Origin: Kofleriaceae bacterium | Lineage (GTDB): Bacteria; Myxococcota_A; Polyangia; Haliangiales; Haliangiaceae | Assembly: GCA_036262915.1 (NCBI GenBank) | Contig: DATAHZ010000797.1 | Span: 1 to 40,640, forward strand | Length of the DNA: 40,640 bases | Direction: 5' to 3' | Shown: positions 34,545-40,640 of the stretch, piece after piece | Position numbering within the stretch: the first letter of the stretch is position 1 | Layout: every line of letters starts with the position of its first letter | The notes under the pieces: model-generated | Seen by the model: the letters and a program-made list of their open reading frames with translations, nothing else | Database searches by the model: none | What the model was told of the DNA's origin: nothing | Position numbers and translations under genes: made by a program

Positions 34545-37232
34545 TCAACCGGAGTCCGAGCCAGCGCCGGAGGGTGGCGGTGTCGCGGGGGCGGGCGGCG
34601 GCGGAGATGGTGCGGGGGATGAGGGTGCCGGGGCGCCCGCACCATTGCCTGGCGGTGGAGCGGTGGTGCTGCCCCCGAGGAGCTCGAGCTGTTTCTTCGC
34701 CGCGGCGCTGTTGGGATAGACCTCGAGGTACGCCTTGTACGCTTCGATCGCGAGATCTTTGCGACCTTGCTGTTGATAGGCCTCGGCGACGCCGCGGAGC
34801 GCCGGCTCATATCTCGAGGATACCGCGAGTGCCGCTCGAAACTTCGAGAACGCGCTGGAGAACTGCTTGGCGTCGATGTGGCAGTAGCCCATCCCGGTCA
34901 GGGCTTCGACGCCGTTGGGCTTCTGCTCCAGTGCCTTGGCGTAGAGCTCCATCGCTTTTGCGCAGTTCGCGTCGGCCAGCTTGTCGGCGCGCGCCAGTAA
35001 GCGATCATAGGACTCGCCGCCACCGCCGGCTTGGGGGCCCGGGCCGGGGTCGCCCGGGTTGGCCTTGGTGGTGCCGGTGTCCTTGTGGGCGCCGGTGTCC
35101 TTGTGGGCGCCGGTGTCCTTGCTGCCATCTTCCGGCGGGAGCGGATCGGTCTTGGCGACCACCGTCTCGAGCTTGTCCGCCAGCGCCCTGGCGCCGGCGT
35201 GCTCGGGCTGTGCCGCGAGGATCGTGTCGATCAGTGGTTTGGCGTCGGCTGCCTTGTTCTGCGCCGCGAGCACGAGCGCGAGGTGGAACCGCGCCCGGAC
35301 ATCGCCGGAGCTCTCGAGCTTGCCATCGCCCTGATCGATCGCCGCGAACGCGGCCCTGGCATCGTCGAGCTTGCCGTCGCGCACCAGGGCCAGGGCGTCG
35401 GCGAGCGCGAGGTCGCGCGCCAGGTCCTTGTCGGGCTTGCCGCGCGCGAGGTTGAGGTAGCGGGCGCTGTCGCGGGCCGGCTTACCCTGAAGCCGCAGGA
35501 CGTACGCCATCGCGAGGTTCGCGACGGCATCGTCGCCGGCGATCTTGAGCGCATGCTGCGCCGCCTCCAGCGCATCGAGCACGAGCTTCTCGGCTTCCTT
35601 GCGCAGCTGGTCGGAGGTAGCCTTGTCCGCGGTCACCGACGCGCGATCCCGGAGATCTTGTGCAAGCTGCGCAATCAGCTGTGCGCGCAGCGCCTGTGAC
35701 GGTGCATCGGCCTTGCCGTCGAGCGATTGTGCCGCGGTGCGCAGCCTCGGCTCGAGGTCGGCGGCGAGTTCGCGGCGCGCGGAGTCGAGGGCGGGTGCTT
35801 CGGCCGGCGCGGCAGCGTCGATCCCCGATCCTGGCCCCGGTGTCACGAGCGCCGCGCCGTCCGGCGTTGCGGACGTGACGGCGGTGACCCCGGCGTCCTT
35901 GGCCGGCAGCGCCGTGTGCTCCTCGTTGCCCGTGCGGATCACGAACATGTAGACCATGACGGCCGCCAGTGACATCACAAGCAGTGCCATGACGAGCACC
36001 AGCATGCCCGCGCGCGATCCGCGGCGCGCCGGCAGGACGTCGTCGTCCTCGTGGTTATCGTCGAGCGAGCGTACCTTGGCGGTGTTGAACGTGGCCTCGT
36101 CACTGGGCGCCATCCGTACCCGGCCGGCGAACGCCGGCTCGTCGGGGATCGCCGCGAGCTTGCCGACGAACGGCCCCGAGGCGGGCAGTCCCGACGCCTC
36201 GGGCGCGACGCCATCGGTCGCCCACGCAGCGGTGGCGCGGTTGCCGGACGGCGGGGGAATCGGGGGAGGTGGCGGGGTTGGAGCCGCACGCTCGGCCGGT
36301 CGCTTCGGGGGCGGCGGGGGCGGCGTGGTTCTGGCAAGGCGTGCCGGTTCCACCGCGGGCGGCGGCGGTGGCGTGACCGCGGGGCCACGCAGGATCGGCG
36401 GCGCGGCCGCGTTCGATCCCATCGCTGGCGTGCGTACGGCACCGCGAGGTACCGGCGGGGGCGCGTGCGGCGCTGCGGATCTGTTCTGGGGGCGCCGCGT
36501 CGTACGGCCCCCCAAGGTGTCGTCATCGTCGTCGGGCAGGATGGTTCCGCCGGCGGCCCGCGTAGCCGCGCTGTATCCCGGCGGGAGCGCCGTGGCGCTG
36601 AACCCGGGGATCGTGCCGGGGACTTCCTTCATCAGTACCGGACGGCTCGCCGGCTTGGCGCGCCCGCGGTTCGCGCGGGCTTCATCGGCGATCGTGAAGT
36701 ACTGGCCGAGATCGGCGATGTCGCCGAGCCGCTTCCAGGTCTTTCCGGTGCGCGAGATCAGTGATTCCCGGGTCACCACGCTGCTGATGATCCATTGCTG
36801 CAGGGTCGCGAGCTCGCGGCAGCTCTTCTGCTCGCCGTTCTCGAGCCGGATCAGCCACTGCCGCTCGACCGTGGTCGGTGCGTCGTCGGCGGCGGACTGG
36901 CGCGCATCGTCCTCGAACAGCGCGTCTCCGCGTGCCTTGCCCAGCGCGCCCGGCGCGCCCGGCGCACCGCGGCCAAGCGGGTGCTTCGAGCTATGCGCTC
37001 GCGGGCGCACGATCCCGTTGGGGACATGAGGCCCGTTGGGGACATGAGGCCCGTTGGGCACGTTGGGTTCGCGTGTGACCGGCGGCGAGCCGACGTTGGT
37101 GATCGTCCGCTTGCGGATCTTGAACATGTGGCCGCAGTTGGTGCACTTGACAGTGACCCCACCCGGCTTCAGACGGGCTTCGTCGAGCTCGTACTCGGTC
37201 TGACACTTCTCGCAGCGAACGTCCATGGCCAA
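34545..37232 (-). CDS. MJ0042-type zinc ribbon + GYF-like domain + Pro-rich linker + single TM + C-terminal TPR protein
   Basis: Zinc ribbon: MAMDVRCEKCQTEYELDEARLKPGGVTVKCTNCGHMFKI. GYF_2-like: QWLIRLENGEQKSCRELATLQQWIISSVVTRESLISRTGKTWKRLGDIADLGQYF. Long P-rich region. TM: MLVLVMALLVMSLAAVMVYMFVI. TPR repeats: ELYAKALEQKPNGVEALTGMGYCH and AIEAYKAYLEVYPNS. Confidence 0.85.
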   Translation of the reverse strand: MAMDVRCEKCQTEYELDEARLKPGGVTVKCTNCGHMFKIRKRTITNVGSPPVTREPNVPNGPHVPNGPHVPNGIVRPRAHSSKHPLGRGAPGAPGALGKARGDALFEDDARQSAADDAPTTVERQWLIRLENGEQKSCRELATLQQWIISSVVTRESLISRTGKTWKRLGDIADLGQYFTIADEARANRGRAKPASRPVLMKEVPGTIPGFSATALPPGYSAATRAAGGTILPDDDDDTLGGRTTRRPQNRSAAPHAPPPVPRGAVRTPAMGSNAAAPPILRGPAVTPPPPPAVEPARLARTTPPPPPPKRPAERAAPTPPPPPIPPPSGNRATAAWATDGVAPEASGLPASGPFVGKLAAIPDEPAFAGRVRMAPSDEATFNTAKVRSLDDNHEDDDVLPARRGSRAGMLVLVMALLVMSLAAVMVYMFVIRTGNEEHTALPAKDAGVTAVTSATPDGAALVTPGPGSGIDAAAPAEAPALDSARRELAADLEPRLRTAAQSLDGKADAPSQALRAQLIAQLAQDLRDRASVTADKATSDQLRKEAEKLVLDALEAAQHALKIAGDDAVANLAMAYVLRLQGKPARDSARYLNLARGKPDKDLARDLALADALALVRDGKLDDARAAFAAIDQGDGKLESSGDVRARFHLALVLAAQNKAADAKPLIDTILAAQPEHAGARALADKLETVVAKTDPLPPEDGSKDTGAHKDTGAHKDTGTTKANPGDPGPGPQAGGGGESYDRLLARADKLADANCAKAMELYAKALEQKPNGVEALTGMGYCHIDAKQFSSAFSKFRAALAVSSRYEPALRGVAEAYQQQGRKDLAIEAYKAYLEVYPNSAAAKKQLELLGGSTTAPPPGNGAGAPAPSSPAPSPPPPAPATPPPSGAGSDSG
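35073..35126 (-). repeat. In-frame 18-nt tandem repeat x3 (encodes DTGAHK DTGAHK DTGTTK-like)
   Basis: Plus strand: gccggtgtccttgtgggc, gccggtgtccttgtgggc, gccggtgtccttgctgcc. Confidence 0.85.
37024..37077 (-). repeat. In-frame 18-nt tandem repeat, about x3 (encodes PNVPNGPHVPNGPHVPNG)
   Basis: Plus strand: cccgttggggacatgagg, cccgttggggacatgagg, cccgttgggcacgttggg. Confidence 0.85.
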
Positions 37233-37333
37233 GAGTTCGAGCCACGCAACTGCGTGTCTTGGTTTGCCAAGGTAGCACGGCGATGTGGTACGTGCATCTT
37301 GTGCACCCGGGTGCGATCGACGAATCTCGACGC

Positions 37334-37699
37334 ATGAGCGATTCGCGGGAGCGTGCGGTGGAGCGCTTCCGGGTCGATGCGTTCGTCAAGGTGCACGGTG
37401 CGGACGGTCAGGAGCTCGTGTTTCGCACCCGCGACCTCTCGAATCAGGGCCTGTTCCTCTATACCAAGGTCGCCAGGGCCTATCCGTTCAAGGTCGGCTC
37501 GACGCTCGAGCTCGAGCTGTACGATTTTGATCAGCAGGTCACGTGCAAGGTGGTCGTCGTGCGCGTGGTCGACCCCGGCAGCCCTGAAAACGCCACATTC
37601 CCGACCGGGTTCGGTGTGCGGATCGTCGAGTGCGACGAAGCGTCGCGCCGCGCGCTGTCCGGGATGATCGACCGGATCAAGTCGGGCGAGGTGTACTGA
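37334..37699 (+). CDS. PilZ domain protein (predicted c-di-GMP binding)
   Basis: Derived from ORF 37259..37699(+). ATG 37334 gives MSDSRERAVERFRV (RxxxR), followed by RDLSNQGLFL (DxSxxG) about 25 aa later. The protein is 121 aa. Confidence 0.75.
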   Translation: MSDSRERAVERFRVDAFVKVHGADGQELVFRTRDLSNQGLFLYTKVARAYPFKVGSTLELELYDFDQQVTCKVVVVRVVDPGSPENATFPTGFGVRIVECDEASRRALSGMIDRIKSGEVY

Positions 37700-37802
37700 C
37701 CGCGGCGTCCCCTGACCCTGCGGGCGCCGGTCGCCTTCCCGGCCAGGCCCGGTCAGCCGTACACAGGCGCTCAGCTCGGCACAGAGCCCTCAGGTGCAGT
37801 GC

Positions 37803-37936
37803 CGCGCGACGCGCGGAGGGGGGGGATGGCCGGGCTGTGCCGGGCCAGAGGGGGCGGGCAGGCCCCCTACCGATCCACCCGCGCGACGCGACGCGCGGTC
37901 GCCAGTCGTGAATGATCTGCCGGGCTGTGCCGGGCC
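37803..37936. repeat. Two direct copies of a composite GC-rich intergenic element
   Basis: Copy 1 is CGCGCGACGCGCGG (37803-37816), 12 nt, then GCCGGGCTGTGCCGGGCC (37829-37846). Copy 2 is CGCGCGACGCGACGCGCGG (37880-37898), 20 nt, then the identical 18-mer (37919-37936). GGGGGC..GCCCCC lies between the copies. Confidence 0.7.
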
Positions 37937-37974
37937 CCCGCCAATCGGCGAGAAATCGGCCCCCTCTCGATCAA

Positions 37975-38346
37975 TCAATGAGCCTCATCAACATTGACTT
38001 CCTCGACTGTGGCGAGGATGTCCTTGACGTCGATGAGCCTCAGTCGATCGTCCCAGGGTACGCGGACGCCGGCTTCCTTGCGGAACAGCACGTGGGCCCC
38101 ATGCGGCACGCCGGAGACGTTTTCGGTGACCTCGCTCGTGGTCGGCCGATCGCGGGCGACCTCGATCACCTTGCCATAGAACGCTTCATCCTGCGCTTCC
38201 TTCGCACCGGCCGGAAGGTACAGACCCGAGTCGGTCCGCTCCTCGATCCGGATCATCTGAACGAGGACACGCATCCCGAGCGGCAGGATCAGACGATGCG
38301 CCGGTAGCTTGAAATCAGAAATCGCGCTCGAAGACAACGGCGCCAC
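37975..38346 (-). CDS. GroES (Cpn10)-family protein, atypically long and with no adjacent groEL
   Basis: LILPLGMRVLVQMIRIEERTDSGLYLPAGAKEAQDEAFYGKVIEVA aligns to the GroES pattern I.PLGDRVLV...E.KT.GGI.LP..AKEK...G.V.AVG. The C-terminal DILATVEE matches GroES DILAIVE. The start is uncertain: GTG 38346 overlaps the upstream gene by 32 nt, and TTG 38337 is an alternative. Confidence 0.7.
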   Translation of the reverse strand: MAPLSSSAISDFKLPAHRLILPLGMRVLVQMIRIEERTDSGLYLPAGAKEAQDEAFYGKVIEVARDRPTTSEVTENVSGVPHGAHVLFRKEAGVRVPWDDRLRLIDVKDILATVEEVNVDEAH

Positions 38347-38896
38347 TCTGCGCTAAGCAGCGTAGCTTGGTCAAGCCGGCGTGGCGTAGCAACGGCTTTC
38401 TGCCTTCGATCGTCGGCCGCATCGCTGGATCTCCGCATGACCCGGACCGTACATCGATGCGGGGACCGGTGATCTCGACCCGGCCCCATAGACGCTGCCG
38501 GCGCAGGGTGCCCTCCAGGTCGAGCGCCGCCACCGCCAGCTCCTGGGCGGAGGGATCGGAGGCCTCCGAGGCGGATGCTGACACCACCGCGGGCGGGGTG
38601 GCATGGGGCGGTGCGGGATCGGCAGCCTCGATCGGCCCCGACGCTGGTAGCCGCGCTGCCTCGGTCCTCCTGGTGCCGGTACGCACGCCGAACACCAGGA
38701 TGATCGCGGCGGCGACACCGAGCGCAACGACCACCGCGGACATTGGAAACCGCGTGGGCACCAGGGCCGTGCCGCCCGGGTCGACCGTCGAGCGCTTGGC
38801 GTACACGGCTCCGGATGGCAGCTCCGCGTGACACCTGGGGCACCGAACGTACCCAGACACCACGGCAACGCCGCATGCCCTGCAAACCATGCTCAT
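38315..38896 (-). CDS. Zinc-ribbon single-pass membrane protein, hypothetical
   Basis: Zinc ribbon: MSMVCRACGVAVVSGYVRCPRCHAEL (CxxC...CxxC). TM: MSAVVVALGVAAAIILVFGV. A Pro/Ala-rich spacer leads to a C-terminal domain of about 70 aa. The gene starts 19 nt after the protease stop. Confidence 0.65.
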   Translation of the reverse strand: MSMVCRACGVAVVSGYVRCPRCHAELPSGAVYAKRSTVDPGGTALVPTRFPMSAVVVALGVAAAIILVFGVRTGTRRTEAARLPASGPIEAADPAPPHATPPAVVSASASEASDPSAQELAVAALDLEGTLRRQRLWGRVEITGPRIDVRSGSCGDPAMRPTIEGRKPLLRHAGLTKLRCLAQSGAVVFERDF

Positions 38897-38915
38897 GCCG
38901 AAACGATCTCCGGCA

Positions 38916-40076
38916 CTACGCCCTCCGCGAAGGTGTGCGGCGCCGCAACAGGAGGAGGACCGTCGAACCCATCAGCAGGAGGCTCGCCGCGGGTGGTGCC
39001 GACCTGCTTCCCGAGGCGCTGCAACATCCGCCACCGGTCGCCGGGACGGCGTCACAGCTTCCGGGATCCTTGCGCGTCGGATAGATGTCGCAGATCGCCT
39101 GGATATCGTCGGGCGCGAGCGATTCTTTCTTGGTCTCGCCGCAGTCCTGGAAATTGTACATCGTGGCATCGACGATTGCCGAGGTAGGGGACACGTTGCT
39201 GCACAACGGCACCGGGTTGCCGCGGTTGTCGACCCGCGGCGGATCGCTCGAGGCCAGGCAGGGGTGCTCGAGGCCATGCAGGTGGCCGAGCTCGTGGGTC
39301 AGGGTGTTTTGCAGCTCGGCCTTGCAGCCGCTGCCCAGCGACTGCTGGTTCACCGAGACCGCGAAGTTCACACCGTTGATCTCGATGTCGGCATCGATGA
39401 TCGCGCCGTCCCGGGTGCTCGTGGTGTCATCGATGTACACCGCCGTCGTGATCCCGGCCGCCGCGGCGACGTAGGAACGTGCCGGGTCGTTCCCGGACGC
39501 AGGGCGGCCCCACATCTGGTCGCGGAACTTGATCAGGTTGACCTTGTCGTTGCCGACCTCCATGGCCTTGCGGCCCTCGTTCACGACCGTCAGGTACGAG
39601 CACGACGCGGTCTTGTCGTTCCACTCGGCGATCGCGGCATCGATGATCGCGAACTCCTGATCGCCGGGGATCGCCGTCGTGCCGGCGTCGTCGACCGTCA
39701 CGAACACGCAGCCCGATTCCCAGTACAGCGAGTTGCCGGCCTTGGTCGGGCCGGTGCGGACGTAGCCGGGCGGGTACGCGATCACCTTCACGCTATCGAG
39801 CACGACGTGCTCGTCCAGCGCGAGGTCCACGTCGCGATGCGCCGCGACGGCGACCTTCATGCCCGGCGCCAGCATCGGCGGCCCCGGCATCGTGATCATC
39901 CCGATGCCATCGACGCTGCCGCCGAGCTGGCTCACGACCACGTCCTCTCCGTCGGGGGTGTGGACCGTTGCTTCGGTCACGATCCGCGATCCGTCGTCGG
40001 TCCAGTGGCTATGAACGGCGATTACGTCGCCGTCGATCGTCATCACGGGCAGCGCCATGCCTGACGACGCTAGCAC
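38916..40076 (-). CDS. Metzincin zinc metalloprotease (matrixin/M10-like) with a MYXO-CTERM sorting tag
   Basis: Zinc site: [11 protein letters not shown] (HExxHxxGxxH). Met-turn candidate: DATMYN. C-terminus [33 protein letters not shown] fits the MYXO-CTERM pattern (Gly-Cys, spacer, hydrophobic helix, Arg cluster). The start is uncertain: GTG 40076, ATG 40058 or ATG 40043. Confidence 0.8.
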   Translation of the reverse strand: MLASSGMALPVMTIDGDVIAVHSHWTDDGSRIVTEATVHTPDGEDVVVSQLGGSVDGIGMITMPGPPMLAPGMKVAVAAHRDVDLALDEHVVLDSVKVIAYPPGYVRTGPTKAGNSLYWESGCVFVTVDDAGTTAIPGDQEFAIIDAAIAEWNDKTASCSYLTVVNEGRKAMEVGNDKVNLIKFRDQMWGRPASGNDPARSYVAAAAGITTAVYIDDTTSTRDGAIIDADIEINGVNFAVSVNQQSLGSGCKAELQNTLTHELGHLHGLEHPCLASSDPPRVDNRGNPVPLCSNVSPTSAIVDATMYNFQDCGETKKESLAPDDIQAICDIYPTRKDPGSCDAVPATGGGCCSASGSRSAPPAASLLLMGSTVLLLLRRRTPSRRA

Positions 40077-40097
40077 GTCGTGTTACAAGGGCGCACC

Positions 40098-40640
40098 ATG
40101 ACGCCACCCGCCAAGCCGGTGCGTGTGCGGATCGCACCATCCCCGACGGGAGACCCACACGTCGGCACCGCATATATCGCACTGTTCAACTACGTGTTTG
40201 CCCGCCAGCAAGGGGGCAAATTTGTGTTGCGTATCGAGGACACCGATCAGACGCGGGCACGCACTGATTCGGAGCAGATGATCTTCGACGCGCTCCACTG
40301 GGTGGGGCTGACGTGGGATGAAGGACCCGATGTAGGGGGGCCGTTTGCCCCGTATCGCCAGAGCGAGCGCGGCGAGCACTACCGCCATCATGCCCAGCTC
40401 CTGCTCGATCGCGGTGAGGCCTATCGCTGCTTCTGCAGCGAGGATCGGCTCGCGAAGCTCCGGATCCAGCAGCAGGCGGAGAAGCGCACGCTCGGCTACG
40501 ACCGGCACTGCCGCGCGCTCGACCCCGGCGATGGGAACCGGCGCGCCGCGGCGGGGGAGCCGCACGTGGTTCGCCTCAAGGTTCCGCTCGAGGGGCCGAT
40601 CACGTTCCACGACCTGTTGCGCGGCGAGGTCACCCGCGAC
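40098..40640 (+). CDS. gltX: Glutamate--tRNA ligase, N-terminal part (runs off the right edge)
   Basis: ATG 40098 gives [53 protein letters not shown] (HIGH-type motif HVGT). Further on: [18 protein letters not shown]. The frame is open to the window end, so it is absent from the ORF track. Confidence 0.9.
   Translation, partial: MTPPAKPVRVRIAPSPTGDPHVGTAYIALFNYVFARQQGGKFVLRIEDTDQTRARTDSEQMIFDALHWVGLTWDEGPDVGGPFAPYRQSERGEHYRHHAQLLLDRGEAYRCFCSEDRLAKLRIQQQAEKRTLGYDRHCRALDPGDGNRRAAAGEPHVVRLKVPLEGPITFHDLLRGEVTRD

Overview
This is a high-GC (about 70% by eye) chromosomal segment. It carries Myxococcota hallmarks: a MYXO-CTERM sorting tag, a Myxococcus cysteine-rich repeat, many lipoproteins, and FHA, TPR, PilZ and histidine-kinase signalling genes. 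I can support about 37 protein-coding genes. I found no rRNA, tRNA, CRISPR array, integrase or transposase.

Housekeeping or recognisable genes:
- GNAT acetyltransferase.
- A fused M16 peptidase translationally coupled to a CPBP intramembrane protease.
- A FIST sensor coupled to a histidine kinase.
- A sensor kinase / OmpR-type regulator pair.
- An ABC-2 transporter next to a TonB-C protein.
- sixA, tsaC(sua5)-purE-purK, sppA and the 5' end of gltX.

Most unusual content:
1. A lower-GC patch at 6417-10839. It holds an orphan two-domain phage-tail-tube-like protein, and divergent from it a 2xSH3b-plus-beta-barrel outer-membrane protein. It also holds a tight triad of a zinc-finger ParA-like ATPase, a ribbon-helix-helix protein and a small helical protein.
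2. A zinc-ribbon + GYF + Pro-rich + TM + TPR protein whose cytoplasmic module resembles the gliding-motility protein GltJ. It lies near a PilZ protein and a 1268-aa FHA coiled-coil protein.
3. An operon of a MYXO-CTERM metzincin that has no visible signal peptide, a zinc-ribbon membrane protein and an atypical GroES-like protein.
4. A Phd/RelE-type toxin-antitoxin pair with a possible leaderless promoter.
5. A zinc-ribbon protein with a histone-H1-like KPAKKPA tail.
6. A probable remnant of an ArsB/NhaD-type permease.

Many long antisense ORFs in the six-frame track are GC-driven shadow ORFs and were rejected. All functional calls come from reading motifs in the translations. No database search was run.
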